In this document: in pieces, positions 40,246-54,110 of the stretch
Position numbering within the stretch: position 1 is the first letter of the stretch
How the letters are laid out: every line of letters starts with the position of its first letter
Assembly: GCF_006345805.1 (NCBI RefSeq)
Contig: NC_042997.1
Location: 15,562,001 to 15,626,000 of the forward strand
Reading direction: 5' to 3'
From: Octopus sinensis
Lineage: Eukaryota
Length of the DNA stretch: 64,000 bases
Position numbers and translations under genes: made by a program
The notes under the pieces: model-generated
Told to the model about the DNA's origin: nothing
Database searches by the model: none
Seen by the model: the letters and a program-made list of their open reading frames with translations, nothing else

Positions 40246-40633
40246 TTAGTCTTTTATTTGTTTCAGATATTTGACTGCGGCCATGCTAGAGTACCGCCTT
40301 TAGTTGAAAAAATCGACCCCAGGATTTATTCTTTGTAAGCTCAGTACTAATTCTATCGGTCTACTTTGCCGAACCGCTAAGTTACGGGGACGTAAACACA
40401 CCAGCATCGGTTGTCAAGAAATGGTGTGGGATCAAACACAGACACACGAACATACACATACATATATATATAGGCGCAGGCTTGGCTCTGTGGTAAGAGG
40501 CTTGCTTCCTCCCAACCACATGGTTCCGGGTTCAGTCCCACTACATAACATTTTGTGCAAGTGTCTTCTGCAGTATATACCCTCGGGCTGACCAAAGTGG
40601 ATTTAGTAGATGGAAACTGAATGAAGCCCGTCG
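40246..40633. mobile_element. SINE family C with tail half on the minus strand and head half on the plus strand
   Basis: 40246-40470 is the reverse-complement tail. 40471-40633 (taggcgcagg...cccgtcg) is the forward head, bounded by (TA)n on both sides. Confidence 0.8.
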
Positions 40634-40668
<35 letters not shown>

Positions 40669-41181
40669 TATATATATAATACACGTATATATATGGTACA
40701 GGACGTCACCAACAGTAAACAACATGAAATACGAAAACAAATGAGTTAAGTACGCAAATAACGAGAGAAAAATGGAAAACAAGACAAGTAATACAAAGAA
40801 TGACCCTTCATCATTTATCGGCTCTCTATCTACTCCTCATTTCAAGCCATCAACGACAATATGAGTCTTCGAAAACAGTTGCTCCCATAAATATAAAAAT
40901 GAAATTTGGGATTTATGGAGGGTCAAAATTGAGAAGAAAAGCAGGACGGTGGAAACATTGAAGGGAACCGAATGAAGACAAACATGGAGGATCGTTAGAC
41001 CTGAACGAGGGGAAAATAGTGAACGCTGAGAGAAATATTTTCTTTGAAAAGAGGAAAGATAGAAGAGAGAGATAGGATACGTCCAGTCCTTAGAACGTCT
41101 GTGCAGGAAAGAAAGATGGTAACGTGAGGAAAAGAAAGATGGGCGATGGTCACGTGTGAGTAACGAGAGAGAAAAAGAGAA

Positions 41182-41213
<32 letters not shown>

Positions 41214-42206
41214 AACGGTGAAAGGGAGAAAAGGGAGAAAAGGGGAATTAGAGAGGATGGGGGAGAAAGCAATATAGAGTAGAATGGCATCAAAAAGGTT
41301 AAGATAAACTTAATTGGAGATGGATGCCTGGCGTTCAATTAGATTATAATATAAATAATATATACTTTATTATTATTAAAGGTGCAGAAACTTCACAATA
41401 AACTGCTACTCAAAGCTTCACGTTCATGTTCGACGGACAGTTTAGAGTGAAAATCTCCAGTATTCGGGTGCTATTTTTCTCACTCACATTTATGTGCTTA
41501 TTTGTTATGTGCGTGTGTGCGCGCGCGTGTGTGTGCACGCACATATATTGTGTGTTTTAAGCGTATGACCGAATTACCGATTCTATATATTTTCACAGCA
41601 TAAAAAAAGGGAAATTCGTTAGCAACCTAATCACTCAACAAGAATTAAATTTCACAACCAGATATATTTCACAATTACTGTCTCATAAAAAAACATAACA
41701 TTATGATAAAAATACTCTACGGCTAATTTACCTAATTAGAGCATTAAAGCTCCTTTATTATTATTATTTTTTAGATCAGATCCCTACAATCAACTTGTCA
41801 ATGTTATGGATAATCTATGTAGCTATATTTATAATTATTTCATTCAGTTCTTAGGCTATTTTGAAGTACCTTATTAAACAAGTACCTAATTGAATAGGGT
41901 TGTACACTTTTCTGATTTTCGACAAAGTGACCCTTTATATCTAACCCCCTCCCCCCCCACACACACACATAATTTGCAGTGTTTGTGAGAAAATCTAAAG
42001 TAAATTCAAAGTAGTTAGATTTTAGTTTGCAAGCCTTGATCTCTGGAACTTAAAACTCATGTCGGTAAAATTCATGGCGGTAAAACAATTTTCGTAAAGG
42101 AGATTGCTCTGACGTGTTTAGGGCCTGAAGGTCATTGACCAGAGGACAAGTATACACACACACACACACACGCATACACACACACTCACACACACATTTA
42201 AAGATA

Positions 42207-42482
42207 GACTTCTTTCGGTCATGAAGGACCATGGGATTGCACCTAGAAAGTTACCCTCCGAGGCACAAGTCCAGGCAAGTTTGTTTATGGAAGACCAACT
42301 GTCGCTAGTTCATACTAGTCTCCACGCCACCGACGTCGCTACTCATTTCTATAACTGAATGAACTGGAGCAATGCGAAATAAACTTGTCTTGCTCAAGAA
42401 TACAACACACAGCTCGATCTGGGAATGGAACTCATAACATCATGCTTTAAGCCAATCGTTCTAACCATTGAGCCGTGCGCCT
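42207..42482 (-). mobile_element. SINE family D (older tRNA-head SINE)
   Basis: Minus-strand aggcgcacggctcaatggttagaacg...gagttccattcccag...ttcttgagcaagac...ttgctccagttcattcag. A related fragment lies at ~26610-26720. Confidence 0.7.
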
Positions 42483-42504
42483 TCATATATATATATATAT
42501 TATA

Positions 42505-42550
<46 letters not shown>

Positions 42551-42553
42551 TAT

Positions 42554-42603
<50 letters not shown>

Positions 42604-42633
42604 ATATATATTAGATATATGTATGCTTGTGTG

Positions 42634-42671
<38 letters not shown>

Positions 42672-42919
42672 CATATACACGCAAACTTATAGTGCTTATG
42701 TCTATGTATTTTGAGAAATGATTCGAGTATGGAAGTGAAATTAGCCACTTTGTAGTATTTGTTTCAACGAAGTTAACAGGGCTGTTTGAGAGTTCTGGAT
42801 ACAGACACGATGGAGTCCTGAGGGCAGGATATGTGTCGACCCTTCGACCATTTTTTATTTATCTTATCCAATCGGATAGCTGCGTACGCTATACTTGCAA
42901 TGAAAGTTTGGAAAAGGAT

Positions 42920-42957
<38 letters not shown>

Positions 42958-43893
42958 GAAAGAGAGAGAGAGAAAGAGAGAGAAAGAAAGAGACAACGTA
43001 GGCAAAGAAGAGTGATTATATAAGAAGAGCTACGTAGATAAATAGTTAAATTAGAAGGGGAAACAGATATCTTTCGTGTTTGGTGTAACACATAATTTGT
43101 ATTTTTGTGAATCTAAGATGTTGGATATGCGAATCTGCCACCCAGTTTCCATTCCGAAGAGAGCCAATGTAGCCTTATATATTATTTAAACCCTTGTGAA
43201 AATGCATGAACATCAGATAAATACAAATCCGATGTTCACGAGCCTCAATACCTATGTATATGTAGCATAATCAATAACTGTTCGGTAGAAGTGTATGGTT
43301 CACAGCTGGCTTGATTTCGTAACAGAAAAGCCTGACCAATGTCCACAGAAAGTCTATTTCCGTCTAATGGACCAGCAAACACATCCGGATGGAATGTGAG
43401 AATACAGGTGTAATATGAGCAGAGATTGATAAAAACAGGAAATGGATGCCTGGAAGCAGCTCTTACCTTCCTTATTGGTTGGAATATCCATTAAAATGTC
43501 GACTTGAAAGCATTTTCTAGATATTTTTAATGATGTAATCTGACTGAATAGTACGCAAAATTTAGTTGTTGCTAAGTGTCAGGTTTATGGGATACAAAGT
43601 TACACCAACATAACACACATACATACATACATTTATATGCATATACATGTACACATATATGTGTAAATATAACTCGGAGGAAAAATAATAGCGCCTGTCT
43701 AGCAGTAAGACCCATTAAATTGCGAGACAGTCGACTGCCTCCGTAAGTAGGATTTTCTCAACTTCGTTTACTCTTTTACGTTGCTTGATTGTTGTTAGTG
43801 CTAGAGTAATAGACTTACTTGATCACCTGCATTAGTTTATCTTTGACTTGTTCCCAGATTAAACGTCTAATTCTGCAAGTGTATATTCATAAT

Positions 43894-44204
43894 GTGGAGG
43901 CGCAATGACCTAGTGGTTAGGGCAACGGACTCGCGTTCGTAGGATCGCGGTTTCGATTCCCAGACCGGGCGTTGTGAGTGTTTATTGAGCGAAAACACCT
44001 AAAGCTCCACGAGGCTCCGGCGGGGGGTGGTGGCGATCCCTGCTGTACTCTTTCGCCACAACTTTCTCTCACTCTTTCTTCTGTTGGCCTGCTCGCTTAG
44101 CCAGCGGGGTGGCGTCATTTGAAGGCTAAAACAATGCGAAGCGCATTGTGACCAGCGATGTGTAACAACATCTGATGGCCTGGTCGGTCACGGTGATCAC
44201 ACTG
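43894..44204 (+). mobile_element. SINE family B, tail type 2
   Basis: 11-bp TSD atattcataat at 43883-43893 and 44205-44215. Confidence 0.93.
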
Positions 44205-45479
44205 ATATTCATAATATCATTGTGTTATATTAGAACGGATTAATACTCTGATAATAATTTGTCTATGAATATAGATCAGAGGCGAAATTTTATATTTTAT
44301 TTTACCAGTTTCGGAAGCTCCTGCAAAGGTCATGGGCGTTAACTTTTCCTTCTCTGATTGAACCATCAAGAACCTTCCTTTCCTTGAGGTAGTTGTTTTA
44401 CTTCAAAACTAGCAACAGTTCTACAAAATTTCCAGTGGGAGAGGGGATCAATTAACCCTTTAAATTGATACAAGCTACGATATTTACTGTAGCCCGATGT
44501 ATTGTTATGGTAAAGCTACAATATGACGACATCTATAAACTGATTTAAGCGATTTTATCATTATGAATGACTGCGTTCATCTTAAGGCCAGTTAGTTGCT
44601 CTGCGCTTTAGTTCTTCTATGGAGAATTTCATTTCATTAGGTTGTCCGTTATTTGACTTTTATCTGATGAATAACTTCAATTTCATAGTTGGAAGATCTA
44701 CTAACTGGAGCAGCAATGGATTTTATTTTGCATGGTCGATTAACGTAAAAACGATAGCAGAAATCCCCTGTTCAAGATAGTATAATGTTCAGTCAACAAC
44801 ATTTATTAGATATCAGCTAAAAGTATACTAGGTTGTAACCAGGTCTAGGAAACTTCACATGATAATTATTTACTGCTTTCTGTTGCTCCACAGATTTCAT
44901 TTATCTCCTTTTAAGATGTACTCATATTTGTGCTTATGTTTCTGCCAATATCCTAGTATTTGCGAATAATGTACACAGTCCATAGTTCATCGTGTGAGCC
45001 GGAGTTGTTAGCGGCAGATCAATCTTGACAGTTACGTCTATTGTAAACCAGTGGTTATAGGAAACATGCGGGGTTACAAAGCAGTAATGATATTGATAAG
45101 GTAAGGACACTTTTCAGAAATAAGTGGATTTTTGTAGTCTATTAAAACGCTCTGTACATCCAAATTTAATTTCCGCGTGAGGGTGCTGCAGAAACGTTAA
45201 CCATGTTTCAGGATTTGTATTTCCAGGGAACTAATTTCCTGATACAAATAATTTAATGGTAATGAACCAGTGTTGTTTTCAGTATATTTATCCTAACTTC
45301 TGAAAATACGCAAAGGGAAATATTCACAGTTAATAAAGATGATATCGTTATTCAAGAGTAAGGACTTTCTAGAATGGTTAGGGATATAATGAATATAACT
45401 GGACTGAATACTCATAGAGGAAGTTTTGATACGATTGTGTTACGGATGAGCTCGACCAACTGAAAACGGAGTGGGTAAC

Positions 45480-46915
45480 TATGCTAACAGAGATATATTT
45501 TGAGCAAGAGTTGTTTAAAGGAATCGATCCAACAGCGACGACGAACTTCGGAGTTTGATAAAATCCGGATTGCAAACACAAAGATTCGGAGAAAATGGTA
45601 AAACAGTTCCAGCTCGCATACGTCCGCCGCTCTCATTGGTCATGTTTCATAGAATGATGCAAATGATTGGTCGGTAGATGCGATTTTTGGGGGAATACAC
45701 GGATTTCCTATCTACATCAAAGGAGGTTTTGAATACGACATTGCAAACATCTTTATTCTGGGCCCGTGAAAATAGCCCCATAGTACTTAAATTGATTTTT
45801 GACTCCTTCCAGTAATCTTGTCATGAAATATGATTGACGCTTTCTGAAGACGCGATACCAGCAGATGCAATCTTTGTTTTTGCTGCGTAGACTTGCATGC
45901 TATAACATGCGACAAATACACATCGTCTAATTAGCCATCCATTTTGTTGTCACCAATGATAGTAAGGTCGTTAGCATACTCAGTGTCTAATGGTGAAACA
46001 TCGTTCCACAAGGACAACCTATAAATTCGCCAAAACATGCGTCGAAGAACAATGGAAGACGAACACAACTTTGAAGGAATCTTCGAAAGAATTTTGAAAC
46101 ATTCGAGTTCCACGTCATAACAGCGAATCTTTGTGCATAATATGTTCTAATTCGACTCATCAACTACAGGTAATTGATCTGCGATTATAATACCTCAGAA
46201 TGCGCTGCGATTGATAGAAACAAAGACTGCGACAAATTCCACAAAGCAAGTGATGGTAGTTCCAATATTATTCTCAAAGACAAAATTTTCTCTGCAAAGC
46301 TTTGATTGCATTGAACTACACAAATTTGATCGTGCGTGTTCATCATGCTTGTGTTGATATCTTTGTACTAAAATGGCAGCGAATATTTTGGCCACAATGC
46401 CTATCAAATTGATGCTTCAGATGTTGCTGTAAGGGCGCCTATTGAAAAGAACTACGTCTGTCTAGTATTGTGGAACTGGTTTCGCGTCCCAGAATCAAGA
46501 GACCGTACTGTACAACTGAGAAGCTGTACAGAGTTACCAATCCATTTGAGAATAGCTTTGCACACTTCTTCAAGATTGTATGTGTAGGAAAGGGTATCTA
46601 CAGAATCTATAGAAGGCCGAATAGCAGGTGAACTATGCTTCAATTGTTTCGTGAAATGGTCAGACCATCGACTGAGACGATTCTCTAGGTTCCAAATAAC
46701 CACAGTTTCAGCATCGAAGATCCTTTCACTTGTTGATTGGCAGCCCTTCGCGGTCAACATCCATTTTGTTGCCACCAATGATCGTAAGGTCGTCAGCATA
46801 CTCAATGCCTAATAGTGAAATATCGTTCCACAAGGACAACCTATAAATTCACCAAAGCATGCGTCGATGAAATTCTTGAAGACCTATGGAAGACGAAGAC
46901 AACTTTGAAGGAAGT
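45480..46915 (-). pseudogene. Decayed RTE-clade LINE reverse transcriptase region
   Basis: Minus-strand motifs RLSRWSDHF, KIFAAILVQR, TCFVEFVAVFVSINR, LDTEYANDL (YADD-like), FKYYGAIF and KNRIYR; many stops and frameshifts. Confidence 0.7.
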
Positions 46916-47231
46916 TGTCAGCTAGCGGCGTTATTATTTCGAAGATAATTAAATCTCCTAATGAATTCAATAGTTCGATCCGGTCTTCAAACCTATCGAT
47001 TACTCCTAAGAATCCTGAATACTTAAATTGCTACTTCTTGCGTGAGATGCTTGAAGTTATGCCACTCGTTTTCAGCCGTGGGTTCGGTTCGTGGTAGTCT
47101 GTCTGCACCACAGATTTTTTTTTTTTTTTTTGCTGAAAAAATGTCTTCCTGCGTTTCTAATATTTCTTGCAAGCTAAACATATTGAAATGTTCTCCAGAA
47201 CTTTACCGTCTGTTTCTTTGTTGCTGTTGTT

Positions 47232-47538
47232 TGTTCTTTCTCGAGCCATGCCTGGCTCATAAGGGCTGGTTTCCCGGTTTCATTGGCGCATAGGTTCCCC
47301 ACCTGGACGAGACGCCGGCCCGTCGCAGGTGAGCTGCTAGATGCAGTGAGAGTGAGAGAAAGTTGTGGCGAAGGAATCAGTATTACCTTCTGTCGGAGTT
47401 TGCCATTACTTTCTGCTGGAGTCGCGTGGAGCTTAGGTGTTGCGCTCATAAACGCACACGCCGCCCGGTCAGAGATTCGAACCCGCGATCCCTCGACCGC
47501 AAGTCCGCTGCTCTAAACACTGGGCCATATGCCTCCAC
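47232..47538 (-). mobile_element. SINE family B, tail type 3
   Basis: Family B head. Tail cctgcgacgggccggcgtctcgtccagg...gaaaccgggaaaccagccc, as at 8335. Confidence 0.8.
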
Positions 47539-47698
47539 GTCTATTTCTTTGCAAACAATGAATTCTTTAGATTCAAAGCTTCAGATTTATTGGGCAACTA
47601 AAATGGGGTATTCTGGCATTCTTACAAAAGTCAGATGGCTGTAAGCATAAATAGGAACCGGGCATTGGGATCGATTACTCAGATTTTGGAAGAACAAT

Positions 47699-48083
47699 GG
47701 AAGCACTCTGTCGGTTACGACGACGAGGGTTCCGGTTGATCCGAATCAACGGAACAGCCTGCTCGTGAAATTAACGTGTAAGTGGCGGAACACTCCACAG
47801 ACACGTGTACCCTCAACGTAGTTCTCGGGGATATTCAGCGTAACACAGAGAGTGATAAGGCCGGCCCTTTGAAATACAGGTACAACAGAAACAGGAAGTA
47901 AGAGTGAAAGAAAGTTGTGGCGAAAGAGTACAGCAGGGATCACCACTATCCCCTGCCGGAGTCTCGTGGAGCTTTAGGTGCTTTCGCTCAATAAACACTC
48001 ACAACGCCCGGTCTGGGAATCGAAACCGCGATCCTATGACCGCGAGTCCGCTGCCCTAACCACTGGGCCATTGCGCCTCCACA
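47699..48083 (-). mobile_element. SINE family B, tail type 1
   Basis: 11-bp TSD ggaagaacaat at 47688-47698 and 48084-48094. Near-identical to 37932-38319. Confidence 0.93.
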
Positions 48084-48255
48084 GGAAGAACAATATTACA
48101 TATGTATAAGAACTCAGTTTCATTGCAGATGGCTAACATGAAGTTTATGTTTGTCTAAGGAACGTTAGTGATGTACAATAGTTACTTGTGTGTAATGCGA
48201 GAAATTTAATATAAAACAAGATCAAAATTGGGTAGGTTAGTATTATACTTATACA

Positions 48256-48498
48256 TAGGCGCAGGCGTGGCTGTGAGGTAAGACACTTGTTTCCCAACCA
48301 CATTGTTCCGGGATCAGCCCCTATGCGTGGCACCTTGGGTGAGTGACTTCTACTATAGCCTCGGGCCAACCAAAGTCTTGTGAGTGGGTTTGGTAGACGG
48401 AAACTGAAAGAAACCCGTCGTATATAATTATATATATATATATAGATATATATATATATATATATATGTATATGTAAATATATATATATAATATATAT

Positions 48499-48553
<55 letters not shown>

Positions 48554-48710
48554 TATGTATATGTGTGTGTGTATTTGTGTATCTGCAATTGTTCCCCAAC
48601 CATCGCTTGACCCGATAGAATAAGTACTAGGCTTACAAAAAATAAGTCCTGGGGTCGAATTGTTCGACAAAAGGCGGTGCTCCTGCATGGCCTCAGTCAA
48701 ATGACTTGTT
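48256..48710 (+). mobile_element. SINE family C with expanded internal (TA)n
   Basis: taggcgcaggcgtggctgtgaggtaag...cccgtcg(TA)n...aaaggcggtgctcc. Confidence 0.85.
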
Positions 48711-49039
48711 TTATCGACCCCCGGAGTTATGAAAGACCGAAGGCGATCCCAATGGGATTCGGAACTCGTCAAGCACGAATGTGCGAGATGAATATCATTG
48801 GGACATTTAAATTGGGTTCTCTACCCTGTCTACCCGCCTAACTGAATTCACGATAAGGACGACATTACCAAGAAGCGATACGATTTAGAGACGAAAAATA
48901 GCAAAACAAATAATACAAAAGCGTCCATTTAAGTTAAACCATAGGCTTGAAAACAGGCTTCATATTGGCAACTATCTGTGTCATAAGATTGGGATGAGTA
49001 AATTGTTAAGAAGGGGGAGACGATATGATAATGTTTTCT

Positions 49040-50337
49040 GACTAACATTCTTTTCTTTTTTGTCTGTCTGTCTGTCTATCTGTCTGTCTCCCCCGCCTCT
49101 CTCTCCTTATCTCCCGTACTCCCTTTCCTTCTCTCTCTTTATCTTTCAGTCTTTCTTTCACTGTCTTTCCCTTTGGCGCACACACTCTCTCACCCCATTC
49201 TCTCTCTCTCTCTCTCTCTCTTCCTTGATCTCTTCTTACTTTTGTCTCAACATGTCATTCCCTCTGAATATTTCCGTCTCTCTTACCAACTCTCTCCCAT
49301 CTTAAAACTATTTTCTGCTTTTCTCTTTCTTCCTCACTTTCTTATACTCTATCAGTTTCTCCGTCTATTTTTTTTTTGTTTATCTCTCTCTTTCCCTCCC
49401 TCTCCCTCCCCCTCTCTCTCTCTCTCTCAACGAAATTCTTTTTAGTTTACCATCTTTTCTCTTTCGTCCTCTTCATATCTCTATTTCACGTACTTTTCCA
49501 ACTTCCCTTCCAAAATCTCATTCATTTTCCCCGAAACTTCAACATATCGTCTTCTTCACCATACACCCTTTCCGTCTCTTTCTCTCCCTCCCCGCCCTTT
49601 CTCCCTCCATCCCCATCCCTTTCTCCCTCCCTCCCTGTCTGTCTGTCTATCTGTTTCCCCCCTCTCTCTCTCTNNNNNNNNNNNNNNNNNNNNNNNNNNN
49701 NNNNNNNNNNNNNNNNNNNNNNNNNNNNNNNNNNNNNNNNNNNNNNNNNNNNNNNNNNNNNNNNNNNNNNNNNCATACATATACATACACACCATACAAA
49801 CACACGCATACATATAACCGCGAATAGACATATAAACACACACAGAGATACACTTATACACATACGATAATCACGCAAAATATACTTTTTCATAGGACGT
49901 TATATAAACTGTTTTTACATGTACACACATAAGCTCACACACACACACACTCACACACACACACACACACACTTGCATACACACACACACTTGCATACAT
50001 ACACACACACATTCAGGCTCACAACGCGAACACACGCACGCACATGCGCATACCATTTCAGACACACCCAAACACATTCCCACAGTCACCCCCTACAAAC
50101 CGTCACGCATACATAAACGCACTTTCTTACCCCCCCTCCCTTGTTCCTTCTTATTCACTCTCGCTGTCAACCCCCCCTCTCTCTCTCTTGCTCTCCCCCT
50201 TCCATTCATAGACACAAACACACACAAATCCACACACACACAAACACACGCACACACACTCAACACACACTCAAACGTAAGCACCGATTGCTATATATAT
50301 ATACATATGTATGTATATATATATGTATGTATGTATG

Positions 50338-50417
<80 letters not shown>

Positions 50418-50495
50418 TATATATATATGTATGTGTGTTTATATATATATACACACATACATACATATACATACATACATATAATACATGCATAC

Positions 50496-50540
<45 letters not shown>

Positions 50541-50561
50541 TTATATATATATGCTACATAC

Positions 50562-50629
<68 letters not shown>

Positions 50630-50870
50630 ATATATATATATATATCGCAGCTCTGAGCTGAAACTAAAAGCAAAAAAAATATATATGTATGTATGTATGT
50701 AATGTATGTAGTATGTATGTATGTATGCATATATATAATAATACATATGTATGTATGTATGTTGTATGTATATGTGTATGTATGTGTGTATATATATATA
50801 TAAATACACATACACACATACATACATATATATATATGTGTGTGTATGTGTGTGTGTGTGTGTGCGTCTA
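49040..50870. repeat. (CT)n/(CA)n/(TA)n/(TATG)n microsatellite field
   Basis: Direct reading. Confidence 0.9.
49674..49773. other. Assembly gap (100 N) within microsatellites
   Basis: Run of N. Confidence 1.
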
Positions 50871-51501
50871 TACAGGCACACCCTCATACACACATACGTT
50901 CTAACAATATACCACCTCTGACCTAAATCCTTACAATATCTTACTGTATTTAACTATCTATTATTAACATTGAAGACTGTGTACTTGGATACGTTTTCGT
51001 TTGTCCCACATTTCTCGCAATAACGCTTGTTCATTCATCTCTTCTTCTTTAACTCTCGCCAGGTCGATTAAACCAACGTTTTACAGGTTTTTGATGCAAC
51101 ATTCGACCAGTAATCTTTCTTATTATAACACAGACGAGTGATCTTTAGAAGATGAAAAGTAGAATTTTTTTTTTTATTCCAGAATATTCTAGCGGCATTG
51201 CAAATAAGTTTCCCGAATGTGAACAAAGCAAACCAATTGTCAAGCGGTGGGTAGGACAAACACAAAGACCATCCCACTACATACACACACAGAGTTTCCT
51301 TACCAAATTCACTCACAGTGAATTGATCGGTTCGTAGCTGCGATAGAAAACACTTGCCCAAGGTACTGAGCAGTGGGGCTGAACTAAAAATCACGTTGTC
51401 GCAAAGCGTGCTTGCTAACTACCACATGCCTGCGCATGTATTACAGGAAGCATTTATGAAGAGAAGTGTGTTGTGTTACTTGAAAAGTATAACGTTTTTA
51501 A

Positions 51502-51732
51502 GGTGGCGAGCTGGTAGAAATGTTAGCACACCGGGCGAAATGCGTAGCCGCATTTCGTCTGCCGTTACGTTCTGAGTTCAAATTTCGCCGAGGTCGACTT
51601 TGCCTTTCATCCTTTCGGGGTCGATTAAATAAGTACCAGTTACGCACTAGGTCGGTATAATCGACTTAATCCGTTTGTCTGTCCTTGTTTGTTCCTTCTG
51701 TGTTTAGCCCCTTGTGGGTAGTAAAGAAATAG
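51502..51732 (+). mobile_element. SINE family A, full length
   Basis: 15-bp TSD gtataacgtttttaa at 51487-51501 and 51733-51747. Confidence 0.93.
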
Positions 51733-52498
51733 GTATAACGTTTTTAAAAACCCAGCGATTTGGTGTTTCGTATTCGTTATTGACAGAGATGTGTAAGCTA
51801 TATATTAATGTTTCGTAGATAGCTGAAGATGCTCGTATATTTACAATGACTACAACTAAAGTTTTAAAAATACAACCGAGGTGTTAGGCAATTAAAAATG
51901 CTAGAATACTTAAAACGGCTATATGTAAAATATTTGAAATGAAGGTGGCATAAATTCACGCTAAAAGGAAAATGCTAGTTTCAAAGTATTTTGACTTGAT
52001 CGAATTAATTTTAGATTTATATCATTTTTTAAAAATCGTTTGTGATGACTAGATGCTAGGGTTTATAATCAGTTCAAAATATTTAAGAATTTTGAATGTT
52101 TTTGCGAATATACTTGAGGAGTCTTAGACATATTTTCATAACTTCCAATTGCACCATCCTTTGGTTTCTTTTGTTTCTTTATTATATAATTTTTAGTATA
52201 AAAGTTAGCCAAGGAAAGTATCTTCAGTTTTAAATTATATGTTACTGTTATAATGAATATAAATTTTAATAGCACCTTATCATTTCTTCTGATTAAGGTA
52301 ACGGCGATTGTGTTTTTCACATCTAAATTTCGAATTGGTTATCGGTGAGACCAAAATATGCCATAGAGAGGTTGTTAGTCTCGATATTTCCTTTAAAAAG
52401 AATGCTTCCAACATTTACGTATTACTTTCACGAAACTCAGTAACTATAAAGACTTGTTAGACCTTGGGAAGTTACAAATAATGGTATTAATCTTGGGT

Positions 52499-52720
52499 AA
52501 GGCGACGAGCTGACAGAAACGTTAGCACGCCGGGCGACAAGCGTAGCCGTATTTCGTCTGCCGTTACGTTCTGAGTTCAAATTCCGCCGAGGTTGACTTT
52601 GCCTTTCATCCTTTCGGGGTCGATTAAATAAGTACCAGTTACGCACTGGGGTCGATGTAATCGACTTAATCCGTGTGTCTGTCCTCTCTGTGTTTATCCC
52701 CTCTCGTTAGTAAAGAAATA
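52499..52720 (+). mobile_element. SINE family A, full length
   Basis: 16-bp TSD ggtatta(a/g)tcttgggt at 52483-52498 and 52721-52736. Confidence 0.93.
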
Positions 52721-54038
52721 GGTATTAGTCTTGGGTGTAGGCGGGTTAATTTTCGACAGGCAGTGCAAAGTTAGGGGAAGGAGAGTATGATATTTTAATA
52801 CAATATTTGTTAAATATTTTGTCAGAAGAGATGTTACTTCCGCCAAGTTTAACAGCGGATTGAACCAGTGGGTATATACTTTTACTTTCGATGTGTTAGT
52901 TGAATTTGTATTTTATACATATATGTTATCTTGGAATCCACTGCGTTAAAAAACACCATTGTAGTAATTAAAGAAATCATTAAAGATTTACTGACTTGTA
53001 GCCAGCTTGACTATTTAAACTACATTTCTAATCCTTATAAACTTACTTGCTTGCTACCATAAACATTTACGAGTTGATACTAACTTATTATTATTAGAAA
53101 ACGCATTTTACTTATTACTAGAATATGTACTTGTATATTAAATTAGGTTCCATGTAAACATGTGAACACAGCTGTAAGTTCTAATAATTTGTTGCTTTTA
53201 GAAATCAATATTTAATTTATATTTTCTCTATCTTACTAACATATTTTGCGCTAATATTAAATCAAGTTCCCGAACACATACCACCTGCTTATAATGTGGT
53301 AACTTAAATAACTCATTAATATTGTATCTAATATTGTGCCCCGCTTCCCTTCTTCTCTGGCACCATTTCCTTATAGCTCTTATACAACAGCACGTATTCT
53401 AACCACAATGTACAACACTCACACCCCCCGAGACATGACTATCTCACAGTTATCTTGCAGAAAATTTAGAGCAAAATAAATATTGCAAATTTATTATCCC
53501 ACCACCACTACCACCACTATGCCTAGATAATTCTAATTTTATTGTATCATTTTTATTCAAACTTATATGATATCGTTTTATAATATATGCATCTTTTCTC
53601 TTACAATTTTAAGGTTGTTCAACAAGATATCGGATGAAATGCTTTTTCTTAGATCGTACGATTAAGCAGTTCATACGATTTTAACTTGTTATATTCTCTC
53701 TCATACTATAATTTAAACAATTCAAATTAGTATTTGTAGAATTTAACTTTATACCACTAACAACTTATATACGAAGTTGTACCGAAGCTAATGCAAAGGT
53801 TGGCAAAGTCTCTTTATTTATTAAAATTGGTCGTTCATTTGAACATCCTATATGAGTTAATATAGGTTAATATATATGTTGATTGAATAACTATTCTTTT
53901 ATATTAATTCTTCTACCTGTTCTTCATTGCAGGAAAATAGCGGGTTTCAAGCAAAATCAAAGTGTCGTCATTGAGATTTTGACAAAGGAGGTGTGCAGGT
54001 TGTCAGATATTCACTGAAGATAATACGTTATTTACGGT

Positions 54039-54110
54039 GATGGCGCCATCTTAGTTATTCCCCTACATAAGATGTCGTCTGTTTATTGATTGACTGACTG
54101 AGCCAATCAA
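54039..54110. promoter_or_regulatory. Candidate promoter motifs (YY1-like palindrome, CCAAT box) in a repeat-free island
   Basis: gatggcgccatc palindrome at 54039-54050 (contains CGCCATCTT), aagatgtcg at 54069-54077 and agccaatcaa at 54101-54110. Confidence 0.3.

Noticed and set aside
51060-51190. Strong splice acceptor (ctcttcttctttaactctcgccAG) and a nearby possible micro-exon at ~51786
   Set aside because: No convincing open frame, donor or homology; cannot be supported from sequence alone.
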